A DNA stretch of 37,441 nt from Bacilli bacterium (GTDB lineage: Bacteria > Bacillota_I > Bacilli_A > RF39 > UBA660): contig JAQUUG010000002.1 of NCBI GenBank assembly GCA_028693965.1, positions 1-37,441 of the forward strand, read 5' to 3'. The notes beneath the pieces were generated by a model. That model was given only the letters and a program-made list of their open reading frames with translations. It was not told where the DNA came from and did no database searches. Of this stretch, positions 16,328 through 25,619 are shown piece by piece. The number at the start of each line of letters is the position of its first letter. Position 1 is the first letter of the stretch. The position numbers and the translations under genes are program-made.

Positions 16328-17589
16328 TTGCATTAAAAAATAATTTATTAAAACAATTATTAGCTATAGCTATCATTATGGTAGGCATTGTTTTTATCGG
16401 GTTAGGCATTATTTTACCAAAGTCATTAGTTCCAATATATGAAAAAAATATATATAGTCAGCTAAAGCAGCCACTAGAATTAGTAGGAAATGATTTAGAG
16501 GATAATGACATAATTGCTAATATGGCTTATTTGTACGTTACTTCTGATAACGAAGTTATTACTTCGGCTAATTTAAGTAGTATCATTCCGATAAGCACTG
16601 AACAAATTTTAAGTAAAATAGATGAAGAATACGGCAAATTTAAATATCAAGGTAAATCCTATTATTACAACACATCGACAAGTGATCATGTCTATAAAAT
16701 AGCAATTACTAATAGTAATTATATTGCACAAATGAGGCAAGATATTTTATATCAAATTTTCCCCGTTATTTTAATAACCATAGCTTTAATGTTAGTGTTT
16801 ATTATATGGTGGGCGAGAAGACTTGTTTTGAAAATTGAATTTTTGAAAAATAAGGTTGATAATCTTGATAATGACTCTTTTATTTTCAATGATAAAGTAA
16901 TTAAGGAAGATGATGAACTACATGCTTTATCCAAAGCTATTGATCATATGAGATTAGCTTTAAAGAAGCAAGAAGAGTTTAAAAATCAAATGTATCAAAG
17001 TATATCACATGATTTGAAAACCCCTCTCACTGTGATAAACTCTTATTTAGAAGCCATTGAAGATGGTGTTGAAGATGAAAAACAAGGTTTAAAAATTATT
17101 AAGGAACAGATTATAAAATTGGAGACAAAAGTTAGATCTTTATTATATTTGAATAAGCTTAGTTATATTCAAGATAATATGGATTATAAAAATGAAAAAG
17201 TTGATATTGCGCTTATTGCAGATAAGGCTATTTCTGATTTTAAAATTCAAAGACCAGATATCAAATGGGAATTAACGGCTGATAAAAAAGCAATTTTTAA
17301 AGGAACATATGATATGTGGGAAACAATCATTGATAATTTACTTAATAACTTTGTTAGATATGCTAAAAAACATATTAAAATTATTGTAAAAAACGGTAGA
17401 ATTATTTTATATAATGATGGTCCTAATATTCGAACTGACATTTTAGATGACCTTTTTACCCCTTACAAAAAAGGTATTAAAGGTCAGTTTGGTCTTGGAC
17501 TTTCTATAGTTAAAAAAACCCTTTCTTTATTTGAATATGAAATAATTGTAAAAAATGAAAAAAACGGTGTTAGTTTTATTATTAAATAA
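16324..17589 (+). CDS. sensor histidine kinase (two TM, HAMP-like linker, HisKA, HATPase_c)
   Basis: ATGA overlap with the regulator. H-box SISHDLKTPLT, N-box DNLLNNFVRYA, G-box GLGLSIVK. Confidence 0.85.
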   Translation: MIALKNNLLKQLLAIAIIMVGIVFIGLGIILPKSLVPIYEKNIYSQLKQPLELVGNDLEDNDIIANMAYLYVTSDNEVITSANLSSIIPISTEQILSKIDEEYGKFKYQGKSYYYNTSTSDHVYKIAITNSNYIAQMRQDILYQIFPVILITIALMLVFIIWWARRLVLKIEFLKNKVDNLDNDSFIFNDKVIKEDDELHALSKAIDHMRLALKKQEEFKNQMYQSISHDLKTPLTVINSYLEAIEDGVEDEKQGLKIIKEQIIKLETKVRSLLYLNKLSYIQDNMDYKNEKVDIALIADKAISDFKIQRPDIKWELTADKKAIFKGTYDMWETIIDNLLNNFVRYAKKHIKIIVKNGRIILYNDGPNIRTDILDDLFTPYKKGIKGQFGLGLSIVKKTLSLFEYEIIVKNEKNGVSFIIK

Positions 17590-17598
17590 ATTAACTTT

Positions 17599-17631
17599 AA
17601 AGACATTATCATAATTTGATAATGTCTTTTG
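17599..17631 (+). terminator. intrinsic terminator after the two-component operon
   Basis: AAAGACATTATC-ATAATTT-GATAATGTCTTT: a 12-bp perfect stem. Confidence 0.65.
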
Positions 17632-17783
17632 ATAATATAGTATTTACTCGTTCAAATAGTAAGAAAATATTTAATATTAATAATATTTATTCTGCTTTAA
17701 TTTCTGTGAAAGGGTTAGAATAAGATTGACGATAGATAAGTTTGTTGATATAATAATTGATAATATGGTAGAGGAGAGGAAAC

Positions 17784-18326
17784 ATGAAAATTAAAACAAT
17801 ACCAGTTGGTAATTTACAGGCCAATTGTTATTTACTTATTAAAGATAATCAGTGCTTAATTATAGATCCTGGTAGTGAAAGTAAAAAAATTATGGAAATT
17901 ATAGGTGATTTACAACCGCTTGCTATTTTATTAACTCATCATCATTTTGACCATGTTGGGGCGTTAGAAACAATAAAAAACAGATATAATATTGATGTAT
18001 ATGATAATGACAACTTAACAGAAGGATTTAATAAAATAAATAATTTTGCTTTTGAAGTTATCAAAACATATGGTCATACTGATGACTCAATAACATATTA
18101 TTTTAAAAAAGAAAAAATGATGTTTAGTGGTGATTTTATATTTAAAGGAACCGTAGGACGTTGTGATTTACCAAGTGGTGATTTTAATATTATGCTGAGC
18201 AGCATAGCTAAAATAAAGAAATATGATGATGATATTACTATTTATCCAGGGCATGGTGATATAACGAGTCTTAAAGAAGAAAGACAAACTAATCCTTATT
18301 TTAATTATAAAAGTACATTAAACTAA
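17784..18326 (+). CDS. MBL-fold metallo-hydrolase (glyoxalase II-like, short form)
   Basis: LLTHHHFDHVGA metal motif, later GHTDDS and PGHG. RBS GAGGAGAGG. Confidence 0.85.
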   Translation: MKIKTIPVGNLQANCYLLIKDNQCLIIDPGSESKKIMEIIGDLQPLAILLTHHHFDHVGALETIKNRYNIDVYDNDNLTEGFNKINNFAFEVIKTYGHTDDSITYYFKKEKMMFSGDFIFKGTVGRCDLPSGDFNIMLSSIAKIKKYDDDITIYPGHGDITSLKEERQTNPYFNYKSTLN

Positions 18327-18366
18327 AGATAACTTATGTCAACTTGACAACATTATCTTTTTTTTT
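18325..18366 (+). terminator. intrinsic terminator
   Basis: Nested stem AGATAA..TGTCAA-C-TTGACA..TTATCT followed by T10. Confidence 0.6.
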
Positions 18367-18411
18367 GTGAAAAAAAAGGTTATAATACTAGTAGAATGGA
18401 GTGGAATTATA

Positions 18412-19683
18412 ATGAAGGGCGTTAAAATACCAAAACATAAGAAGCTAACTCAAAATAAAAAAATAAGAATATACAATAAACCTAAAATAGTTTACATTCC
18501 TTTAGTAAGTCAAAATGATACTAATATAACTGTTATGGTCAAAAAAGATGACTATGTTTGTAAAGGTGATATTCTAGGTAAACGAAAAGGTAGTTTTAGA
18601 ATTCCCATTCATGCTAGTGTTAGTGGAATAGTAATGGGGTTTGAAGAAAAAGATTATATGAATGGGTACAAAGTAAAATGCGTTGTTATTGAAAATGACT
18701 TCAAAGAAAAAGTTGCTGATAAACCTAATGTAAAAAAACATATAACCGATTACACTAAAGAAGAGTTTATTGAAATTATTAAAGAAGCTGGAATAGTTGG
18801 ACTAGGAGGAGCAGCATTTCCTACTTATGTAAAATATGATACGAAACAAAAAATTAATACTTTAATTGTTAATGCTGTTGAATGTGAGCCATATATCACT
18901 TCTGACTATGCTATAGTAGAAGAAAAATGTGAGGAAATATTAGAGGCAATAGACGCTATTGTTAAAATCAATAATATTAATGAAGCAATTATTGCTATTA
19001 AAACAGGTAACGACATTATTAACGTTATTAACAATTTTATTGGTACTTATCCTAAGATAAAGGTTCATCTAGTTCCCAATGTATATCCAATGGGCTGGGA
19101 AAAAGCTTTAATTAAAGAAATTAAAAATATTTCTTATGATCATTTACCAATTGAAAAAGGAATAGTTGTTAATAATATATCAACAATATATGCGATTTAT
19201 GAAGCTTTAAAATATAATAAACCATTAATAGAAAGAATTGTGACTTTTAGTGGAGAGATGTTTAAAGAACCACAAAATATCTTAGTTAAAATTGGAACAC
19301 CAATTAAAGAAATTATTGAATCAATTGGTGGTTATAAAAGATATAATGATATTTCTTTGGTAGCTGGTGGACCTATGATGGGGATGACTGTTTCTGAAGA
19401 ATTAATTATTAGTAATAATTTGAACTGTTTATTAGCGCTTAAAGATACAGAAACAAAACCACCTTTAGAATGTTTAAGATGCGGAAAATGTATTGAAGTT
19501 TGTCCAGCTAAATTATCGCCGGTTTTGATTAAAGATAGTCTGCAAAAATATAATACTTTGCAGTCTTTAGAACCAAACCGTTGTATTGAATGTGGCTTAT
19601 GTTCATATATTTGTCCAGCTAAAATAAACGTTAGAAAATGCGTGATTCAGGGTAAAAAGAATTTAATGAAAGGGGAAAAATAA
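18412..19683 (+). CDS. rnfC: Rnf complex subunit C
   Basis: RBS GGAGTGG lies 7 nt before ATG 18412. GLGGAAFPT nucleotide/FMN site and two 4Fe-4S motifs, CLRCGKCIEVCP and CIECGLCSYICP. Confidence 0.9.
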   Translation: MKGVKIPKHKKLTQNKKIRIYNKPKIVYIPLVSQNDTNITVMVKKDDYVCKGDILGKRKGSFRIPIHASVSGIVMGFEEKDYMNGYKVKCVVIENDFKEKVADKPNVKKHITDYTKEEFIEIIKEAGIVGLGGAAFPTYVKYDTKQKINTLIVNAVECEPYITSDYAIVEEKCEEILEAIDAIVKINNINEAIIAIKTGNDIINVINNFIGTYPKIKVHLVPNVYPMGWEKALIKEIKNISYDHLPIEKGIVVNNISTIYAIYEALKYNKPLIERIVTFSGEMFKEPQNILVKIGTPIKEIIESIGGYKRYNDISLVAGGPMMGMTVSEELIISNNLNCLLALKDTETKPPLECLRCGKCIEVCPAKLSPVLIKDSLQKYNTLQSLEPNRCIECGLCSYICPAKINVRKCVIQGKKNLMKGEK

Positions 19684-21120
19684 ATGAAAAAATTTCATTT
19701 TGGTTTGGGACCTTTTATTAAATCCAATAATAAGACAAGTAAAATTATGCTTAATGTTGTCATAGTATTAATTCCTATTATTATTTTTAATTTTTATAAA
19801 AATGGTATTATTCCATATTACTACCATAGAACAGATTTATTAGGATTATTTTATCCGTTAATTTTTGTTGCTATAGGTGTTATATCATCATCATTTTGGG
19901 AATTTCTATATGATTATTTATTGTTAAAAAAAAGGAATGATGAATTAAAAGAAACTTTATTAAATTCTTATATTTTTTTTCCTGGTTTATTTTTAAGTTT
20001 GATTTTACCTATTAATACGCCTTTATATATTCTGGTTTTTGGATGTTTTATAGCAATTATATTAGGTAAAATGCTTTATGGTGGTTTTGGTAACAATATC
20101 TTTAATCCGGCATTACTAGGATTTTTAATTATTATGAGTAGTTATTCATCTTTAATTAGTAGTAATGGTGGTTATTTGAATAGCTATGAAATAGATGGTG
20201 TTGCTAGTGCTACTCCTTTGTCACAAATAACTGAGCAGATAGGTAGTTATGAGACATTAGTAGAACCTTATGGTAATCTATGGAACTTTTTTATTGGAAC
20301 CATTCCAGGAGCTCTTGGTGAAACTAGTTTTATGTTATGTTTATTAGCGTTTATTTATTTAAGCTTTACTAAAACCATTAAGTGGAAAATACCTTTTGTT
20401 TACATATCTACAGTATTTGTTATGACTTATTTTATTGGTAACTTAAATGGATTAGGCATTTGGTATCCCTTATTTCAAATTATGAGTGGTGGGCTTGCTT
20501 TTGGAGCTATATTTATGGCAACAGATCCTGTTACTAGTCCAACTACGCCAGTTGGACAAATACTATTTGGCTTATTTTTAGGAATATTAACGGTTATTAT
20601 AAGGTATTTAACACCATACCCAGAAGGTGTTATGATAAGTATTTTGACCATGAACATGTTAGTATTTATTTTAGATGATATTGGTGCAAAATCCCGTTTT
20701 AATTTCAATCATACTTTAATATCATTTGTTTTGGCTTGGTGTTTAATTCTAGGGCTTGGTCTTTACATAGGAAACAGTTATAAAACTACTGATGAAACAG
20801 ATAATAATTTTAAAGTCATTGAAAAAAGTGTAGATAATCAAACTTATATCTATACGGTGAGTCAAAAAGGTTTTTCTAGTACTATCAAAAGTGAAATAAC
20901 AATTAAAGATGGTAAAATTACGAATATTAAAATATTAGAGGGTAAAGATAGTTATTTTAGTAAATTAACAGATAATAATTACTTAAATACTTTAATAAAA
21001 AAACAAGATGATATTGATAATGTTGATGCTGTTAGTGGCGCTACAGTATCTTCTAATGCTGTTAAAGATATGATTATTAATACTTTAAAAGAATATGCTG
21101 GTGATAATAATGAAAAATAA
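19684..21120 (+). CDS. rnfD: Rnf subunit D fused in-frame to Rnf subunit G (FMN_bind domain)
   Basis: Residues 1 to ~335 are polytopic RnfD with the flavinylation context GVASATPL. Then comes a TM (ISFVLAWCLILGLGLYIG) and a ~130-aa FMN-binding domain ending DAVSGATVSSNAV (RnfG flavinylated Thr motif). No separate rnfG gene is present. Confidence 0.85.
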   Translation: MKKFHFGLGPFIKSNNKTSKIMLNVVIVLIPIIIFNFYKNGIIPYYYHRTDLLGLFYPLIFVAIGVISSSFWEFLYDYLLLKKRNDELKETLLNSYIFFPGLFLSLILPINTPLYILVFGCFIAIILGKMLYGGFGNNIFNPALLGFLIIMSSYSSLISSNGGYLNSYEIDGVASATPLSQITEQIGSYETLVEPYGNLWNFFIGTIPGALGETSFMLCLLAFIYLSFTKTIKWKIPFVYISTVFVMTYFIGNLNGLGIWYPLFQIMSGGLAFGAIFMATDPVTSPTTPVGQILFGLFLGILTVIIRYLTPYPEGVMISILTMNMLVFILDDIGAKSRFNFNHTLISFVLAWCLILGLGLYIGNSYKTTDETDNNFKVIEKSVDNQTYIYTVSQKGFSSTIKSEITIKDGKITNIKILEGKDSYFSKLTDNNYLNTLIKKQDDIDNVDAVSGATVSSNAVKDMIINTLKEYAGDNNEK

Positions 21121-21205
21121 AAAAATGCAAGGTATTATAACTTTAACAGTAACCGTTTTTATATGTTCATTACTGTTATATTTAGTTAATTATTTGATAG
21201 GTTAG
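21110..21205 (+). CDS. possible 31-aa single-TM peptide between rnfD/G and rnfE
   Basis: MKNKKMQGIITLTVTVFICSLLLYLVNYLIG. Overlaps the rnfD/G stop by 11 nt and ends immediately before the track's GTG 21206 (9 nt before the called rnfE ATG 21215). No clear RBS of its own. Confidence 0.25.
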   Translation: MKNKKMQGIITLTVTVFICSLLLYLVNYLIG

Positions 21206-21214
21206 GTGAGAAAA

Positions 21215-21859
21215 ATGAAAATGATAAAAAATGGTATTATTAATGAAAATCCTCTTTTAGTTTTACTCCTTGGCTTATGTCCAGCTCTAGCCGTAACTAA
21301 TAATTTTGAAAATGCTTATATTATGGGTTTGTCATTATTATTTATTCTTGTTTCATCTAACATTATCATTTCTTTGCTTAGAAAAACAATTCCAGATAAT
21401 GTACAGATTGTTGTTTATGTGGTAATTATTAGTACTTTTGTAACATTAATTAGTTTACTCTTAAAAGAATATGCACCATCTTTGAATCAAGCTTTAGGCA
21501 TTTATTTGCCAATCCTTACAGTTAATTGTGTTATTTTAAGTAGAGCATTAGCCGTTGCTTCAAAAGAGAAGGTAAGTAAAACCTTTTTAGACGCTTTGGG
21601 AATTGGTCTAGGTTATACATTTGCTTTAATGTTAATTGGCTTAATTAGAGAAGTTTTAGGAAATAATACCATTACTATTATGGATGGGATTAGTTCAGTA
21701 ACCGGATATCGAATGATATATCATGTTTTTCCAGACAATAATTTCATTCCAATGAATTTTATTAAAGAACCGTCTGGGGCTTTCATCATTTTAGGATTAG
21801 TTATAGCATTATTTAATAGCATTTATAAGAAAGAGGTGAAACCTAATGAATCTAATTAG
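21215..21859 (+). CDS. rnfE: Rnf complex subunit E
   Basis: NENPLLVLLLGLCPALAVT and LPILTVNCVIL motifs. RBS AGGTGAG lies 5 nt before ATG 21215. Confidence 0.9.
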   Translation: MKMIKNGIINENPLLVLLLGLCPALAVTNNFENAYIMGLSLLFILVSSNIIISLLRKTIPDNVQIVVYVVIISTFVTLISLLLKEYAPSLNQALGIYLPILTVNCVILSRALAVASKEKVSKTFLDALGIGLGYTFALMLIGLIREVLGNNTITIMDGISSVTGYRMIYHVFPDNNFIPMNFIKEPSGAFIILGLVIALFNSIYKKEVKPNESN

Positions 21860-22415
21860 TTTATTTATAGCCTCAATTCTAACTAGTAATGTGGTTCTAA
21901 CTAAATTTTTAGGTCTTTGTCCTTTCATAGGTGCTTCTAACAATAAAAAAGATGCATTAAAAATGGGAGTATCAGTAACAATTGTTTTAATAATTACTAG
22001 TATTATTACTTATTTACTATATTATTATGTTTTAGTTTTGTTAGATGCTACTTATCTGGTAAACTTGTTATTTATTTTAGTTATTGCTTTTGTTGTTCAA
22101 ATGTTAGAAATGATTTTCAAGAAATACTTTTTAAATGTTTATCATGTTTTAGATATATATTTACCATTAATCACAACTAACTGCGCAATTATGGGACTGT
22201 TACTTATAAATATTAATAGTGATTATAATTTAATAGAGGCTATTATTAATAGTTTTGGTAGTGGTCTAGGATTTACTTTAGTTATTATCGTTTTTGGTAG
22301 TATACGAGAGAAAATGGAAAACAGTAATATTCCAAATAATTTTAAAGGGACACCAATAGCTTTAATTACGGCAGGAATTATGGCATTACTTTTTGGGAGT
22401 TATATGGGTGGTTAG
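21846..22415 (+). CDS. rnfA: Rnf complex subunit A
   Basis: NVVLTKFLGLCPFIGAS and LPLITTNCAIMG motifs. Overlaps rnfE by 14 nt. Confidence 0.9.
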   Translation: MNLISLFIASILTSNVVLTKFLGLCPFIGASNNKKDALKMGVSVTIVLIITSIITYLLYYYVLVLLDATYLVNLLFILVIAFVVQMLEMIFKKYFLNVYHVLDIYLPLITTNCAIMGLLLININSDYNLIEAIINSFGSGLGFTLVIIVFGSIREKMENSNIPNNFKGTPIALITAGIMALLFGSYMGG

Positions 22416-22688
22416 ATGTTAGCAGTTGTTATTATGACTATTATATCATTATTTATCAGTATTATATTAGTTAATACTAATGAGTATTTAGATGACAAAA
22501 GTAAGCAAGAGAAAAAAATAATGTCTTTTCTTCCTTTATATAATTGCGGAGCATGTGGATTCAATAGTTGCGAGGGAATGGCTGAAGCAATTATAGTTAA
22601 TCCTTCTAATTATTTAAAATGCAAACCAATGACGGATAAAGGTAAAAAAGAAATAGAAGCTTATTTGAAAAAGAATAAATTAATATAA
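22416..22688 (+). CDS. rnfB: minimal Rnf subunit B (TM anchor plus single C-X2-C-X4-C-X16-C cluster domain only)
   Basis: 90 aa. N-terminal TM, then CGACGFNSCEGMAEAIIVNPSNYLKC, which fits the RnfB N-terminal Fe-S domain spacing exactly. No ferredoxin-type CxxCxxCxxxCP motifs follow. Confidence 0.7.
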   Translation: MLAVVIMTIISLFISIILVNTNEYLDDKSKQEKKIMSFLPLYNCGACGFNSCEGMAEAIIVNPSNYLKCKPMTDKGKKEIEAYLKKNKLI

Positions 22689-22690
22689 TA

Positions 22691-22724
22691 AAAATACTAT
22701 CATAATCAGATAGTATTTTTATTT
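22691..22724. terminator. bidirectional terminator shared by rnfB and rpmB
   Basis: AAAATACTATC-ATAATCA-GATAGTATTTT flanked by A- and T-runs between convergent genes. Confidence 0.7.
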
Positions 22725-22917
22725 ATTCAGCATTAATTGCTACTTTTTTATCAGTTTTTTTAAGTGTTCTAAGTTCTCTAGCACTCATCATAATAGCTTC
22801 ACCATTATCAAGCGTTACTTTTTGTAGATTTGGTTTTTGAGCATGCCTAGTTGCATTTAAAGCATGGCTTCTTCTATTACCAAATAAAGGTTTTTTACTT
22901 GTTACTTTTCTAGCCAT
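22723..22917 (-). CDS. rpmB: 50S ribosomal protein L28
   Basis: [25 protein letters not shown]... is the canonical L28 N-terminus. 64 aa. Confidence 0.95.
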   Translation of the reverse strand: MARKVTSKKPLFGNRRSHALNATRHAQKPNLQKVTLDNGEAIMMSARELRTLKKTDKKVAINAE

Positions 22918-23134
22918 TTAAAATTCTCCTTCCGACTTGTTTTTCTATGCCATATAACTTTATCATATATTCTAATATAAGTCAAATATTTTTGATGTTT
23001 TTTATAGCTTATATGATAGTTTATGAATATAAAACTATAATTATTTTATAAAAGATGTTGTAAGATAAATAATCTAATTGACATTACTTAATATTTCTAG
23101 TATATTAGTTGATAGAGATTAGGATGTGATACTA

Positions 23135-24808
23135 ATGAATAAAAAAGCTTTTACTTTAGTAGAAATGATCGCTGTTATTATTGTTTTGGCAGTTATTGCT
23201 TTGATTTCAACACCACTTATATTAAATGCTATTAATAGTTCTAAACAAGCTGCTTTTAAATTAAGCGCTAAAAGTATAGCTGAGGCAGCAGCACAAGGCT
23301 ATAAAAGGGCTCTAATTACGGATTATGTAGCAGAATATACAGAATATGAAATAGTAGATTCAACTATAAATAAAATAGAAGGAAATGTCAAACTTAATTA
23401 TGATGGAAAAAGTCCTGTTAGTGGTAATATTATAATTGATACAGATGGTGAAATTTCTTTGGCTTTTTATGATGGAACAAATTGTGCGAAAAAAGGTTTT
23501 TCGGAAACTGAAGTAACAGTTACTAAAACAACAAAGGGAAATTGTAATGTGCAAAGAGGTTATGAAGAAGAAATATTAAATGGAGCTTATCCAGAATTAG
23601 ATAGTGGTATGATTCCTATATATTATGATGGTAATGTTGCTAAGAAAGCCAATGTTAAAGAAGAATGGTATAGTTATGAAAATCAAAAGTGGGCTAATGT
23701 CATTTTAGTTAAAACTAGTGCTCGTGATAAGTATCAAGATATGGAAACTGGTAAAATAATAGATGAAGATGATATACTTGCTTATTTAGTATGGATACCG
23801 CGATTTAGTTTTAAATTATTTAATATTGCAGGAAGTGTTGATACTGGAAATGAAACAACAATTGATATTGTCTTTGAAAGTAAAACGACAACTAAATCAA
23901 CTATTATAGCTAATGGTAATTATTATACACATCCAGCGTTTACTTTTGGTGATGAAGAATTAAACGGTATCTGGGTTGGTAAGTTTGAAACTAGTGTTGA
24001 TTCTGAGAGTACTTGTTATAGTAGTATGAATACTACTAATTGTAATAATGATGAGCAAAGTCCAAGAATATTACCTAATGTTAAATCATTAATCTATCAG
24101 CAGGCAGCTAATCAATTTTTAACAGCGCAAAAATTTACTAGTGATACTTATGGAATTACTAGTGAGTCTACAATGATGAATAATAGTCAGTGGGGAGCCG
24201 TAGCTTACCTTTCACATAGTGCTTATGGAATTGATAATGAAGTACGAATTAATAACTATGCAAGTAGCAATAATACATTAACAGGGTGTGGATCAAGTGT
24301 TAGTAATGATATATCGACAGCTTCATCAACATGTGACATTATTTATGGTACGGTCACGGATTATAATTATCCACAAAGTACAACAGGTAATATTACCGGT
24401 ATTTTCGATATGGCAGGGGGTACCTGGGAATATGTACTTGGTATGAGATCAGACGCTAATGATGTCCCTTATTCAGGAGTAGACGAAAGTAATAATTCGG
24501 GTTTCAATGGTAATTATTCTAATGCTGAAGGATCTTTAACAACAGGAATAAATTATCCTTTAGAAAAATATTATAATTCTTATCCTTCTTCAACTAGTTG
24601 TAATGTTTATAAAAATGTTAGAGATGCTATTTATATGGTTAGAGGATGGTATGGTGATATAGCTAACTGCCCAGCAACATTATATCCTTGGTATGTTCGT
24701 GGTGGTTACTATAGTTCTGGTATCGAATCTGGCATCTTTGACGCCAGAACCAGCAGTGGTAGATCTAATAATGTATCTTTTAGAACAGTTATTCTTGTAA
24801 ATAAATAA
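23135..24808 (+). CDS. prepilin-type N-terminal domain fused to a large FGE-sulfatase (SUMF1)-like domain
   Basis: MNKKA/FTLVEMIAVIIVLAVIALISTPL is a type IV pilin/pseudopilin leader with Glu+5. C-terminal motifs SQWGAVAYLSHSAYG, GIFDMAGGTWEYVLG, VRGGYY and VSFRTVI follow the FGE-sulfatase pattern (W.yAa / yDM.GNvWEW / RGGsw / GFR). Confidence 0.7.
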   Translation: MNKKAFTLVEMIAVIIVLAVIALISTPLILNAINSSKQAAFKLSAKSIAEAAAQGYKRALITDYVAEYTEYEIVDSTINKIEGNVKLNYDGKSPVSGNIIIDTDGEISLAFYDGTNCAKKGFSETEVTVTKTTKGNCNVQRGYEEEILNGAYPELDSGMIPIYYDGNVAKKANVKEEWYSYENQKWANVILVKTSARDKYQDMETGKIIDEDDILAYLVWIPRFSFKLFNIAGSVDTGNETTIDIVFESKTTTKSTIIANGNYYTHPAFTFGDEELNGIWVGKFETSVDSESTCYSSMNTTNCNNDEQSPRILPNVKSLIYQQAANQFLTAQKFTSDTYGITSESTMMNNSQWGAVAYLSHSAYGIDNEVRINNYASSNNTLTGCGSSVSNDISTASSTCDIIYGTVTDYNYPQSTTGNITGIFDMAGGTWEYVLGMRSDANDVPYSGVDESNNSGFNGNYSNAEGSLTTGINYPLEKYYNSYPSSTSCNVYKNVRDAIYMVRGWYGDIANCPATLYPWYVRGGYYSSGIESGIFDARTSSGRSNNVSFRTVILVNK

Positions 24809-24810
24809 AT

Positions 24811-24835
24811 GTGTTTTTAAAAACACTTTTTTTTA
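24811..24835 (+). terminator. intrinsic terminator
   Basis: GTGTTT-TTAA-AAACAC followed by T8. Confidence 0.55.
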
Positions 24836-24887
24836 TTCACAAATCTTTCTTATTTCTTTCATAATTTTACCTTTATAGTAAAATATA

Positions 24888-25619
24888 ATGTTTATTAAGG
24901 AAGTGATTATATTGTATAAAAATGTATTTGATCGTGTTGAAAAAAAATATTTACTTAAAACAGATAAATATGATGAATTAATTAAACTATTAAGTAATTA
25001 TATGGTTTTAGATGAATATGGCAGTTATACAATAAATAATATATATTTAGATACTGATAATTTTGATTTAATAAGAAGTTCTTTAGAAAAACCGATTTAC
25101 AAAGAAAAAATGAGACTAAGAAGTTATAATCAAACAAATCTTGATAGTAAAGTTTTTTTGGAAATAAAGAAAAAATATAAAGGAATTGTTAATAAAAGGC
25201 GGATTAGTTTAAAGCTAGAAGATGCTAATAAATGGATAGACAGTTATTATAACGGTAATAGTGATTCACAGATCAGTAAAGAAATTACATATTTTATGAA
25301 ACTTTATCAAGTTAAAAGGAAAATATTTATAGCTTATGATCGCACAGCTTATTATAATAGTGAATATGATTTGCGCATTACTTTTGATACTAATATTAGA
25401 AGTAGGGAAACTGATTTATATTTAGAAGCTGGAAATCAGGGAATTCTTTATTTCAAAGAACCTACTTATTTAATGGAAATAAAATGTAATGGTGCAATGC
25501 CGTTATGGTTAACTCAAATTTTATCAGAATTATGTATATATCCTCAATCATTTTCTAAATATGGTAATTTTTATAAACAAAAATTATTGAAAGAAATGGA
25601 GTGTAGAAACAATGTTTAA
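24888..25619 (+). CDS. VTC-domain (polyphosphate polymerase-like, CYTH-fold) protein
   Basis: FDRVEKKYLL, MRLRSYNQ...VFLEIKKKYKGIVNKRR and YDRTAY follow the VTC domain pattern. TTG 24912, after AAGGAAG, may be the real start. Confidence 0.7.
   Translation: MFIKEVIILYKNVFDRVEKKYLLKTDKYDELIKLLSNYMVLDEYGSYTINNIYLDTDNFDLIRSSLEKPIYKEKMRLRSYNQTNLDSKVFLEIKKKYKGIVNKRRISLKLEDANKWIDSYYNGNSDSQISKEITYFMKLYQVKRKIFIAYDRTAYYNSEYDLRITFDTNIRSRETDLYLEAGNQGILYFKEPTYLMEIKCNGAMPLWLTQILSELCIYPQSFSKYGNFYKQKLLKEMECRNNV

Noticed and set aside
18344-18386. TTGACA (18344-18349) plus TATAAT (18381-18386) as the rnf promoter.
   Set aside because: The spacer is 31 nt, far from the 16-18 nt optimum, and the TTGACA is part of the upstream terminator stem.
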